Of a stretch of 64,000 bases of DNA, positions 48,412 to 58,374 are shown piece after piece. The translations under genes and the position numbers were made by a program. Position 1 is the first letter of the stretch. Every line of letters begins with the position of its first letter. The stretch covers positions 27,191 to 91,190 of the forward strand of contig CAZZCN010000001.1 of the NCBI GenBank assembly GCA_964652975.1, given 5' to 3'. Origin of the DNA: an uncultured Oscillospiraceae bacterium. Its GTDB lineage: Bacteria > Bacillota > Clostridia > Saccharofermentanales > UBA5734. The notes under the pieces are model-generated. The model ran no database searches. It was given only the letters and a program-made list of their open reading frames with translations, and was not told where the DNA came from.

Positions 48412-49944
48412 TTAATCCCTGTTGTAATCAACTATTTCCTGAAGCTTGGTTTTGCCCTGGTTTATAAAATCGTTCATTGTTATCGAATTTTTAATGAGCT
48501 GTCCGCCAAGATTGCCAAGCTGGGCTTCAAAATCTGCTGCTGCACAAAATGGATTTGATGGTATGACAACTGTGTAGTTATTAGCTGCATCCAGGAACAT
48601 TTCATTTATAGCTTTTACCTTGGGATCGGATACATTTCTGAAATATTGCTCTGAGTGAAGCATGTTTCCGGGAATGTTGTAGCCTTTTTTGGACTGGATT
48701 ATACTGTAATCGGACATATGCCATTCTATGAATTTCCAGGCGGCTTCCTTGTTTCTGCTGTTTTTGGAGATGCTGAATCCTACAAGGCCGGCTGTCAAGA
48801 CCTTGTTAGGTGACGATGCGGTAGGTACAGGTGGAGGTGCAACGCCGACATCAATACCATTTTCTAGCCACTTATAGTCAGTTATCATCCATCTTCCGCC
48901 AAAGTACATGGAGACTCCGCCGTTGCCGAAAAGATACGCGCCGAAATTAGATCCGCTGTAATCGCCGGTACCACTGTCTCTCATAAGTTTAAAGAAAAAG
49001 TCCAGGGATTTCTTTGTGTTGGTACTGGATAGGTTTATGTTATATGATGAGTCAAACCATGTACCATTATTTTGAACCATGTACTGTACCATCTGCTTAT
49101 ATGGAACGAAATCCATCAACAGACCGTATCTCTTGATTGTTGTGCCTTCCTTGACAGTTAGTTTGTTCATCAATGCATAGAATTCATCCCAGGTCATCGC
49201 CTTTGTCTTGCTCGGATATGCAATTTTTGCATCGTCAAAATGCTTTTTATTGTACAGAAGCATATAGTCCGGTGACCAGTCCTTTATAATTGAATAAAGG
49301 CTGCCGGATCCGAGTTTGGTGCCGTCATAGCGATATGCCTTGCTGTTGATCGGCCAGAGCATCGACTTGGTGAACTTGGTGCTTGATGCGATGTATTTGT
49401 CAAGCGGTTCAAGTTTGTCTGCTGTCAAAAACGACATGACCTCGCCGGGTTCCATCTGGAATATGTCGGGTTCCTGTCCTGAACTCATGAAAGTCAGAAG
49501 GTTCTGAAAATAGTTGCTTTGCGACGTTTCAAATCTTACCTGGATATTGGGGTATTGCTTGTTAAAGCTTTTTGCAAGTTCAGCCTTGTACTCGTCAATC
49601 TGCTCTTTAGATGCCCATGTATAAAACCTTATACGTCCGCTTAATGTTTTGTTTGGGACAGTAGTGACTGTGGGAGCCGAACTTTTCGTAGAAACGGAAG
49701 TTACGGAAGTGTTAGAGGCATTGGTTGAAACATTTGATGTGGATGCAATACCACTCTGTCCGGTGCTTGCATTCGAATCTGTACTATCGTTCGAAACAGC
49801 TTCAGACTGAGCATCAGATGATGATACGCCACTCCCTGTTGCCGTATTTGGTTTGCATGATACAGCTGTAATGCTTAATATCATGGACAGTAGTATACAT
49901 AACAGTCCTGTGCTCTTAGTAAACGGTCTTTTGTTTTTTCTCAT
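48412..49944 (-). CDS. Carbohydrate ABC transporter solute-binding lipoprotein
   Basis: Lipobox AVSC, S/T linker, EPDIF, IKDWSPDYMLLYNKKHFD, AAWKFIEW. Confidence 0.9.
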   Translation of the reverse strand: MRKNKRPFTKSTGLLCILLSMILSITAVSCKPNTATGSGVSSSDAQSEAVSNDSTDSNASTGQSGIASTSNVSTNASNTSVTSVSTKSSAPTVTTVPNKTLSGRIRFYTWASKEQIDEYKAELAKSFNKQYPNIQVRFETSQSNYFQNLLTFMSSGQEPDIFQMEPGEVMSFLTADKLEPLDKYIASSTKFTKSMLWPINSKAYRYDGTKLGSGSLYSIIKDWSPDYMLLYNKKHFDDAKIAYPSKTKAMTWDEFYALMNKLTVKEGTTIKRYGLLMDFVPYKQMVQYMVQNNGTWFDSSYNINLSSTNTKKSLDFFFKLMRDSGTGDYSGSNFGAYLFGNGGVSMYFGGRWMITDYKWLENGIDVGVAPPPVPTASSPNKVLTAGLVGFSISKNSRNKEAAWKFIEWHMSDYSIIQSKKGYNIPGNMLHSEQYFRNVSDPKVKAINEMFLDAANNYTVVIPSNPFCAAADFEAQLGNLGGQLIKNSITMNDFINQGKTKLQEIVDYNRD

Positions 49945-50159
49945 AATAATCAATCCTTCCATTCTCCTAATAATAATGTTAATGCTAATGATAATATTAA
50001 TTTAACTCTTAATTATTTTGATTTGCATTTTTGTATCATTCTGTTTTTGTATTTTGTTTTTAATGTAATATTTTAAATTCTTTTGACTATAATAACAATC
50101 TCTTGACTGATTCTGGATTTTCTGACTAATTATATTATCCTCTCAGTTATTCCGAAACC

Positions 50160-53100
50160 CTATTGCTTCACGATAGTTATGTCATCGATAGCAACCGCTG
50201 CATCTTTGTGAAAACTCCACACAAGAGTATAGTCATCGAAATTTTTCAGTGTGAATACAGATTCGATTGTTCCTGTATCCCCGGGCATACCGGTAAATGT
50301 CTTGAGACCGACATCGGAAGCCACTTCTCCGATGTTGCTTCTGGCAAAGAATAAAATATACCCGTCTGACTGCGTTCCGCGCAGGATTTTATACTTGAAT
50401 GTGACCTTGTAAGTACCATTTTTTGCCAGTGGTATAGCTCCTACATCTGTATTTAGGAATTCATGCCATTCTTCACCTTTCATAGCGGATGCCGCTACTG
50501 AATATTTACCGCTGATTACGATATTGCTCTGCGATGTAACTATTGCACCCTGTCCGGCAATTCTACCATCATTGCACAGCGACAGTGGCAGGCTTCCACC
50601 TTCAAAATCTATTTTGCCGTTGAATGCTGACGGTGCGCCAAGTTCTGTAATGACAATATCATCAGCGGATATCGCCCCGCCGTTGAATATTCCGAAAATT
50701 ACAAATCTGTCATCATAATTACCGGTATTGAAAGAGTATCTTCTTATTCCTGTAGATCCTGCCGTACCGGTCCATGTGGAGAATCCTGTGTCGGTTACAG
50801 CTCCGGTGTCTGTGTATCCCTTGGTGCTTCTTAATGTCGTGTAATAAAAATTGCCGGCTTTGCCGTTTTCGAGAATTTTGTATTTGAATTTTATTTCATA
50901 GTTTGTATTTTTCTTGAGTTTTATTAATTTTGGATTTGAATGTGCATACTCGAACCATTCGGAGAAGTATTCCTGACGTCCTAAAAGCGAATATTTTCCT
51001 GAAATGAGTTCGCTAGCTGCATGTGTCAATCTACCCCAGTTGCTTGCTCCCATGGTAAATGGCGTTGCTGCAAACTGTCCCTCTTCAAAGCCTTCCTGCA
51101 CAGGCCAGGTAATCTTTTGTACTCGTGGCTTGTTGATGGTCACCTTTTCCATTTTGCCACCCGAAATTACTGAACCTGCCGCCCTTTCAACAAGAACTAT
51201 GGAATCGATTGAACACATTCCGCTATGTCGTATTCCGAACACAAGTTCGAACCCGCTTTCATCGCCCGTTCTGAAATCAATATTCATATTGACGGCAGGT
51301 GTGTTGGGATTTTCGAGCCATTTAGCTATAGTCCTGGCATTTACAGATCCATTTACTTCATCACTCAATTTCAGATAATAATATCCACCGGACCTTGTCT
51401 CTGTGAGCGCTTTGAATTTGAATGACAGTGAATAATTTGTATTCGGCTTCATTTTGAATACATCCTGGTTGGTCCTTGCCATGTCGATATCGTCAAAGTC
51501 CGCTATATTCATCACCATTGCATCCTTGCCGTCAAGCAGGTAGTTCTTTCTGAATGCCTCTTTTACATTGTCTTCTATCTGGCGTTTCATCTCAGAACTT
51601 GCGGATGTAACACCAAAGTCTATCGGAATTATCGGTGAGGTTTCATTTATAAGACCATCGTCAAAGTCTTCTCCTACAGCTTTTACTTTTTTGACTACGA
51701 AATCATATGCAGTAAAGCTTCCGTAATTGATTGACCCCCAATCAGCCTTGTAATCACTGAATGCATCAAGTTTCGTTATTACTGTCTTGGTTCCGGCAAC
51801 TCCGGATACGTCCTGCCATTCCGTAAGGCCTTTAGTGGAATTGATTCCACCTTTTGATGTTGTCAGCTTGAAATAATATCCGCTGGTATTGTCGCCGAAA
51901 ACATAATTTTTGAGGCTGAAACCGGGTTTGTATGAGAAACTGATTTGATAAGCGGCACCGGATTCGAATTTATAGGATTTCATCTCGGTTGCACTTAACT
52001 TTTTGGGAAGAGCTGCTGCCTTCGGGTATGACTTGACATTTACTTTTCCGATTATATAGCGGTCAGATCCGTCATTCCCCTCAATACCGAGTTTGATGGC
52101 AGGTGTGCCTTTTTCGTTGACAAGGGCTACAGCGATTTTGTATGTGCCTTTTGCCATGGATGAAGGTATTTTTATCTCGCTTCTGATATTGTGTACATTC
52201 CCGTAAAGGGCGATTGTCGGGTCAAAAGAATTATCAATATATGATAACATTTCTTTTCCAGAATCATTCAAAAGATATACCTTCATCTTGTATTTTTGCC
52301 ATAATCTGCCCATTGCGTCATTATACCAGGCTGTGTCGAGTTTAAGCGTTCCACCCGGAGCTATCTCTGAGTTGAATTCAGCCTTGTCGACAACCAGGCG
52401 GTATCCGAACCATCTGTTACCCATATCGAGCACCCAGTGGTTTTCTTTTGCCTGATCGATTACTGCTGAAGGAACCCATCCAAGAACGGTTGAATAATTG
52501 GGACGCATCTTGTAAATCATGGCGTTCATAATATCTGTCAGTGTATACCCGTAGACCTCGTCTCTGTGTTCATAGTATCCACCGAAAAATTCTCCGAGGT
52601 TGGGTACGCGCTTGCCGGATCTAAGTACATCGGCAAAAAGATGCTGGTCATGTTCAACAAGTGCTGTTGCGATTCCGTCACGCCTGAATGCGATTTCCGG
52701 CTGTTTCATGGCATAGTCAAATGCAGACCATTTAAGGAAGTCAGCATATTTTTTCGGATATTTTACCAGCGGGGTGATTTCTGATTTGAATTCGTACGAT
52801 GCGCTTACTACAAGTAATTTTTTACCCTGCCATTCTTTAACCCAGGTGTTTACAATGCTTTGCAGTGCTGCAATTCTCTTATCGTATGAATCATAGCTGT
52901 AACCGCTGTGCCATTCTCCCCAGATTCCATATCCTCTAATTTCAACTACATCAATTCTGGAGTTGCTTCCATATCTCTCCATTAGTTTTCTTAAGAAAAG
53001 TCCAAGTCTTTGTTGATAAATCGGATTAAGATAGTCATGGACCTTATTAATGGATCCTGATTCCATTATTGTTTGAGTAGGAACATTATATTTTGTGGAA

Positions 53101-53702
53101 AGCCATTCAGGTGCACCAAGTCTGGTATACGGAAGAAGCAGATTGTCGGTACATATTCTAAAATTAATATATTTCCCTTTAGAAGTCCAATAATTGATAA
53201 CAGCGTCTGTCTGAGACCAGTCATATACGCCGTCTTCCCTTTCAATCATAGCCCATGAAGTAGATAAGGAAATATTTCCCACTTCTGGCATGTCTCCACT
53301 CCAGCCCAGGTCAAGGTGTCCTTCATAAGTTGGTTCTTCAAGCGCCACCCATCCCATTCCGGGGTTGTTTAACAATTGTTCCGATCTTGTGGGGTAATAG
53401 GTGCTAACACCGCTTATGCTGACTGGTTTATCTATAACAATGGGTGTATCCTCGCCGGATTCAGACTGTGAACTTGAAGATGCATCGTTTGTTGAGTTCT
53501 CAGAAGCGGAAAAGTCAGTTGATGAACTGACATCAGACTGGCTGTTTTGTGACGAACCGCTTGATTTAATCGAGGAGCTTCCCGATGATCCATTGGAGTT
53601 TCCACTGTTTTGAAGGCAGGACACCATCAGCACAGTGCTTACAAAAAGACAAATCGAAACAGCAATCATTTTCTCAAATCTTTTGATTTTATTTCTTAAC
53701 AT
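50160..53702 (-). CDS. Lipoprotein: DUF4832-associated TIM-barrel putative glycoside hydrolase plus tandem CBM-like modules
   Basis: Lipobox MVSC; NPGMGW, SWAMIE..GVYDWS, IRGYGIWGEWHS, FRRDG, GYRL, WYNDAMG; C-terminal repeats (E)xFExG..ISGKYS..Y.(I/V).FKYK..IDDI. Confidence 0.75.
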   Translation of the reverse strand: MLRNKIKRFEKMIAVSICLFVSTVLMVSCLQNSGNSNGSSGSSSIKSSGSSQNSQSDVSSSTDFSASENSTNDASSSSQSESGEDTPIVIDKPVSISGVSTYYPTRSEQLLNNPGMGWVALEEPTYEGHLDLGWSGDMPEVGNISLSTSWAMIEREDGVYDWSQTDAVINYWTSKGKYINFRICTDNLLLPYTRLGAPEWLSTKYNVPTQTIMESGSINKVHDYLNPIYQQRLGLFLRKLMERYGSNSRIDVVEIRGYGIWGEWHSGYSYDSYDKRIAALQSIVNTWVKEWQGKKLLVVSASYEFKSEITPLVKYPKKYADFLKWSAFDYAMKQPEIAFRRDGIATALVEHDQHLFADVLRSGKRVPNLGEFFGGYYEHRDEVYGYTLTDIMNAMIYKMRPNYSTVLGWVPSAVIDQAKENHWVLDMGNRWFGYRLVVDKAEFNSEIAPGGTLKLDTAWYNDAMGRLWQKYKMKVYLLNDSGKEMLSYIDNSFDPTIALYGNVHNIRSEIKIPSSMAKGTYKIAVALVNEKGTPAIKLGIEGNDGSDRYIIGKVNVKSYPKAAALPKKLSATEMKSYKFESGAAYQISFSYKPGFSLKNYVFGDNTSGYYFKLTTSKGGINSTKGLTEWQDVSGVAGTKTVITKLDAFSDYKADWGSINYGSFTAYDFVVKKVKAVGEDFDDGLINETSPIIPIDFGVTSASSEMKRQIEDNVKEAFRKNYLLDGKDAMVMNIADFDDIDMARTNQDVFKMKPNTNYSLSFKFKALTETRSGGYYYLKLSDEVNGSVNARTIAKWLENPNTPAVNMNIDFRTGDESGFELVFGIRHSGMCSIDSIVLVERAAGSVISGGKMEKVTINKPRVQKITWPVQEGFEEGQFAATPFTMGASNWGRLTHAASELISGKYSLLGRQEYFSEWFEYAHSNPKLIKLKKNTNYEIKFKYKILENGKAGNFYYTTLRSTKGYTDTGAVTDTGFSTWTGTAGSTGIRRYSFNTGNYDDRFVIFGIFNGGAISADDIVITELGAPSAFNGKIDFEGGSLPLSLCNDGRIAGQGAIVTSQSNIVISGKYSVAASAMKGEEWHEFLNTDVGAIPLAKNGTYKVTFKYKILRGTQSDGYILFFARSNIGEVASDVGLKTFTGMPGDTGTIESVFTLKNFDDYTLVWSFHKDAAVAIDDITIVKQ

Positions 53703-56487
53703 TGTTTCTCCTCCTGATGATAAAATAAGTGCTTCCTCCGACTAAAGTGAATACCATTACCACAATGGCAATAATTAGAGGGACGTTTGGAGGTGTTGTT
53801 TCTTCGTCGCCATTTCCAGTAGAACCTGATGTTACTGAGTTGTTTTTCGATCCCGAATTCGAGGATACTCCCGGCTCGTTTGAAGATGAGTCAATTTCAG
53901 AACTTTCATTTAATGATGATTCCTCACTGATCGATGTTTCACTGCTTTCGTCTATAGAACTTTCATCGGACCCGTCTGTCGAATCTGCAGATATAATCTG
54001 TCCAAAGACAATTGTCTTGTTAATTACTGGAGAAACGTTTTCGAATCCTGTACCTGCATCATCATGTGCTGTCGTCTGGTCAAGTATTGTATAATCAGGT
54101 TCTTCGCGAAAAATTACTATTTCGTTGTCTTCACGTATTATATTCTCGCCAAGTCCGGCCACTCCTGAGATTGAAAAATCACTTATGAGGACTGATGCGG
54201 TTCCCGTCTCCAGCCCGGTGACATTATGTATTCCAAATGCTATATAGCTGCCTGAGCTGTTGTGATTTGTGAAGGAAATCTCGGCGTAACGCTTTCCCCC
54301 ACTTTCTGTTATGGTTGCAGAATCTATTTTGTTTGTAAAACTTGTGACAAATTTATAGTTTTTATCTATTCCGATAAAAATATCATCTGCCGGAAGTCCG
54401 GAAGAATTTTTGATAAGAAATGTTAAAAATCCGCTGCCGCTTGGCGGAGATTCGATGTTAAAAGCGAACCGGATTTTGTATCTGTTACCCGGAGTCAGAA
54501 CCACTCTTCTGTTGTTGGTCTGCATGTACTCTGTCCAGTCGCCTTCATATGGAAGGCTTCCTCTGACAGCAGTGTTGTTGTCAATTAGCTCACCTTCGCC
54601 TCCATTGCTGGTTAAAGCCATTGTAAGGAGGCCACTTGCACCAATCAGATCCGGAGCCAGAACCTGCCATTTTACGGCGTTTTCATCTTCTTTAAGAACC
54701 AGAAAGTCATCCATTACGATTGTAGCGGTGCCATCTGTTTGAATAAGCATGTAGTCGCCTTCTTCGAAATTTTTAACGAGGAAGGAAGCAGTCACTATGT
54801 CGCCTTCCTTAGTAATCGAGTATATTGCGTCCGGGCTAGTATCAACTGCCGCGAGTGTTTTGGGATCCCAGTGCACCCAGTAGGTGAATCCATTATCCTG
54901 TTGATTAATCTGGAAGTAGAGGAATTTAAGATTAGCTGATTCTGTCAGCTTGTATTTAAATGAAATTACTGACTGCGACCCGGCAGCAAATTTGAGTTCT
55001 GTATGTGTGGAACCCAGCAAAGCATCAATGGCAGGTGTGAATGCAGTGTATTCCAATGAAATTCCGTTGATTGAATTTGCAGAATCTATAAAATTCAATT
55101 TCTGACCTGCATGCCAGAAATATGTGTTCTGATAAAGATTGTCCGGCTTGGTACGCGATGAAAGTGTCAGATTGTCAAAACCCTCCTTGTATTGGATTGT
55201 GGTTTCGCTGGCCTGATTCAAAGTAATCTCGTCGAAGCTTATCTGTCCATTTTGTCCTGCGCCTTTGAATATCAGATATGAATTGTCAAGTGTCGCTTCA
55301 AATATGAATGAAGCATAACAATATCCCCTGTTATCGTTTCTAATCATATAAGTTGCACCGATGCTGGAATCTATCACTTCAAATGTGACAGGATTGAAAT
55401 GAACCCAATAACCGAAACTGCTGTCATTTTCGTATTCAAAAATCATTTTGTCAACATCGGTATTGGTTCTGTATTTAAAAGTTGCTATATATTTTTTCCC
55501 TTTTTCCATCGCTAGTTCTGAAGCAGATGATCCGAACAATACTGTATCATTGTCCGAGCTCAGAAGGTAATCAATCATTTTGCCACCGGCTATAACATCA
55601 GTTGTTGCAAAGGCAAGTGACGGGGCGCTGTTCCAGAAAGCAGTTTTCCGGAAAAACTCCAGACCCCTGTCCGGTGCAGCAATATCTATTGTTTCAAACC
55701 CTTCGGTTACAACTGATTCTCCGGATGTCACGTCAATTGTTCCCGAACTGACTCCAGTCTTTCCAGGCATCACAGGACCGGGGTCATCTGTTATCCTGGT
55801 AAGTGTAACATCATCCACTGACATTGCTCCCAAGCCGTTTATTCCAAATCCTACCATTAATTCGGCGTCTGATGAAGTGAACATCAGAGTTACTGTGTAG
55901 GTGTTGTCTGCGATTTTAGTTATTTCGTATGAACCGTTTTGAGTAAGTACAACGCTTTTAGGTGTTACCGTTGTAGCGTTTGCACCAAGCCAGTGAATAT
56001 ATGTGGGCCAGTTTCCGCCTGCGGTGGTCTCGATCTGCATATAATAGCGGTCGGTCTGGGCAACACTGAATTCTTTAATTGTGGCTTGTAACTTGTACGA
56101 AGTGTTCTTCAATATAGGCAATTCAGATGGCGAAGTGGTCGATACAAATGTGTTCCAACCGCCATCAGTATTGTCGTAATACATTGATTTTGTTCCGGTT
56201 ATGACTTTATTCGATTCTGTAGTGATCAAGGAATTACCATGTCTCACCCAAAATGCCGTGTCATTGAAAATATCTGTCTTTCCCTCAAAATTCTCAGTCC
56301 AGACAGTCTGCTCAACTGTCATGGCTGAAATATTAATATTTGAAAGCCCTCTGAATACGGTCAATGTAAGTAACGCTACCAGGAATAACGCAAGCAGTCT
56401 TCTTCTCTTTTCGGGTATGCTAAACCTGTAAATTCTGTTCAGTAAAACAATATGGCTGATTTCTCGAGGGAAAAACTTGTTTTTCAT
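53689..56487 (-). CDS. Membrane-anchored non-catalytic protein with about four CBM/galactose-binding-like modules (module C)
   Basis: Repeats ENFE/EGFE/EGFD..T(A/Y)FW..I.G..EL...Y...FKY..(V/F/M)D(D/E); acidic Ser-rich linker; C-terminal TM + RRR. Confidence 0.7.
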   Translation of the reverse strand: MKNKFFPREISHIVLLNRIYRFSIPEKRRRLLALFLVALLTLTVFRGLSNINISAMTVEQTVWTENFEGKTDIFNDTAFWVRHGNSLITTESNKVITGTKSMYYDNTDGGWNTFVSTTSPSELPILKNTSYKLQATIKEFSVAQTDRYYMQIETTAGGNWPTYIHWLGANATTVTPKSVVLTQNGSYEITKIADNTYTVTLMFTSSDAELMVGFGINGLGAMSVDDVTLTRITDDPGPVMPGKTGVSSGTIDVTSGESVVTEGFETIDIAAPDRGLEFFRKTAFWNSAPSLAFATTDVIAGGKMIDYLLSSDNDTVLFGSSASELAMEKGKKYIATFKYRTNTDVDKMIFEYENDSSFGYWVHFNPVTFEVIDSSIGATYMIRNDNRGYCYASFIFEATLDNSYLIFKGAGQNGQISFDEITLNQASETTIQYKEGFDNLTLSSRTKPDNLYQNTYFWHAGQKLNFIDSANSINGISLEYTAFTPAIDALLGSTHTELKFAAGSQSVISFKYKLTESANLKFLYFQINQQDNGFTYWVHWDPKTLAAVDTSPDAIYSITKEGDIVTASFLVKNFEEGDYMLIQTDGTATIVMDDFLVLKEDENAVKWQVLAPDLIGASGLLTMALTSNGGEGELIDNNTAVRGSLPYEGDWTEYMQTNNRRVVLTPGNRYKIRFAFNIESPPSGSGFLTFLIKNSSGLPADDIFIGIDKNYKFVTSFTNKIDSATITESGGKRYAEISFTNHNSSGSYIAFGIHNVTGLETGTASVLISDFSISGVAGLGENIIREDNEIVIFREEPDYTILDQTTAHDDAGTGFENVSPVINKTIVFGQIISADSTDGSDESSIDESSETSISEESSLNESSEIDSSSNEPGVSSNSGSKNNSVTSGSTGNGDEETTPPNVPLIIAIVVMVFTLVGGSTYFIIRRRNNVKK

Positions 56488-56548
56488 TCGGGTTATCTCC
56501 TCTTTTGGTATTTGTTATTTTTCTAAAATTATTTTACTTAAAGTATGC

Positions 56549-56587
56549 CAGTAATTAGTGCTAATTTAATTTTAACACTAATTACTG
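56549..56587 (-). other. Intergenic stem-loop (12-bp perfect stem) downstream of the dockerin gene
   Basis: CAGTAATTAGTG...CACTAATTACTG, extendable with AGTAT/ATACT; no long U-tract. Confidence 0.7.
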
Positions 56588-56661
56588 ATACTATGCATAC
56601 AATTGATACTTAAAATGGCAATTGATGATTTGATAATTGAAGCAATTATATTTGCTTTAGG

Positions 56662-58374
56662 TCAATTGACAATCAACTGAATGTTCAACATATGGCTCTT
56701 AATCAGTCCCAGATCAGCAACTGTGACACCATTTATTCCGTCAACGTCTGCAGCTGCAAGTCCATCACCGGTAAGTGTGATAAGTGTCACCAGATGTTTT
56801 TTCAACGTAATAAGATCGCTGATGCTGATTTTGTTGTCCTGATTGACATCGCCTTTCATTATCGGTTGTACTACATTAAACGTTACATTTGCTGTAAAAT
56901 TTGTTGTTGTATATCCGTCATTTACACTTATTGTTATCTGCTCCGTGCCTACAGCGTCTATGTTGGCTACATAACTGAAAGATTTTCCGTCAGGTGCAAC
57001 AGTCATTGTTCCTTTAGCTGTTAGACTATCGTATGTGTATGTGAAAGTACTGTCCTCAGGGTCTGTGACATTGACTGTTCCGTTATAAGTTTCGCCGGGG
57101 TTCACGCTGAAACTTACTGTTGTCGGATCTATTGAAGGCGCTGTATTCGATGTAACAGGCGCTGCTGCTGAATAGCTGGGAGCCGTGCTGCCTTTGTAAA
57201 GCGCTATATCATCGATTGAAAGATATCCACCACCATATGCTCCGATAAAAAAGCTGTCGAAACTTGCTGCGTAGTCAAGAACAAAAGTAACTGTAACTAT
57301 TTTACCGGCTCCGTCATTCTCAACTTTGTATTGCGAAATATTAACTAATTTGTCCATCCACGTGGCTTGCAGGTTATTGTCCATACCGATAAACATATCT
57401 TGTGCAGTTCCAGGAGCATCGAGCATAAGGTAGAAAAAATGCGTCGTTGTCTGCAACACTTTTGCTCTGAACTTTACTGTATATGACTGCCAGCCTGGTG
57501 CACTTGTCAAAGGTGTTGTAAGAAGCCCTGCCCATGCATCAACAAACGTATTTGGATAACCTGCTTTTACGGATTTGTTGCCGTTTAATACTTCTGAAGT
57601 TCTTCCAATCAATCTTGCTGTGCTGTCATCAATTGTTCCAAGCAATGCAGAGTCATATCTTGTCTGATATGCTCCAAATCCGCTCTCAAAGCTGCTTCCG
57701 GCAATGAGCTGCTGTCCGTTTGGACGCTCGTATGACGGTACATTCTGTCCTGCAAATATTGAAAAGTCATCAATGGTTAAGCTGGCAGTTGCAGAGAGTA
57801 CTTTGGCTTCAAGTTGAAAATACGTATTGGGTCCATTTGTTGCGGTAAAACTGTATTCGATGTATTTATATGTTCCACAATCCTGATAGTAGCTTGAAAG
57901 TATGTTTTGACTATCCAGTGTATTTCCGTATCCTGCATCAATCTGCAGAAAGCTGTCCCTAGCCCAGTTGCCATTGTTGTGCTGAGCCATGTGCAGATGA
58001 AAAATATCCGTGCTTCTGTACTTCATGGCTATCGTATAAATACCGCCGTCGTCCATTGCAAAATCGCCAACGGAACTCCCACCTAATATTGTCCATGTAG
58101 CTACAGTGGGTGTGAACTTAAAAGAACGCGATCCATTGATTGCATCCGAGCCTGTTACATAACTTCCTGCACCTTGTTGCCAAAGTATTGTGTCACTGAA
58201 AAGTGAACTTCCGAACTCCATACCGGCCTGATAAATAAGCTGTGTCTCTCCTGCGGCTGCTACAGGAACAAATATTGATACAGTTGTGATTAACATTGAA
58301 GCAATAAGAACTAGCGAGATTGATAGCAATTTTGTCATTTTGAATCCTCCTCTGTTTAATGATAGTTTCTCCAT
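56662..58374 (-). CDS. Secreted non-catalytic protein: 2x module C, Ig/cadherin-like domain and dockerin
   Basis: Signal peptide; AINGSRSF..YTIAMKYR..IDDF and VLNGNKSV..YTVKFRAK..IDDI; NTAP..TDPE..VNDG Ig-like; GDVNQDNKISISDL..AADVDGINGVTVADL; second in-frame RBS/ATG at 58338. Confidence 0.8.
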   Translation of the reverse strand: MEKLSLNRGGFKMTKLLSISLVLIASMLITTVSIFVPVAAAGETQLIYQAGMEFGSSLFSDTILWQQGAGSYVTGSDAINGSRSFKFTPTVATWTILGGSSVGDFAMDDGGIYTIAMKYRSTDIFHLHMAQHNNGNWARDSFLQIDAGYGNTLDSQNILSSYYQDCGTYKYIEYSFTATNGPNTYFQLEAKVLSATASLTIDDFSIFAGQNVPSYERPNGQQLIAGSSFESGFGAYQTRYDSALLGTIDDSTARLIGRTSEVLNGNKSVKAGYPNTFVDAWAGLLTTPLTSAPGWQSYTVKFRAKVLQTTTHFFYLMLDAPGTAQDMFIGMDNNLQATWMDKLVNISQYKVENDGAGKIVTVTFVLDYAASFDSFFIGAYGGGYLSIDDIALYKGSTAPSYSAAAPVTSNTAPSIDPTTVSFSVNPGETYNGTVNVTDPEDSTFTYTYDSLTAKGTMTVAPDGKSFSYVANIDAVGTEQITISVNDGYTTTNFTANVTFNVVQPIMKGDVNQDNKISISDLITLKKHLVTLITLTGDGLAAADVDGINGVTVADLGLIKSHMLNIQLIVN

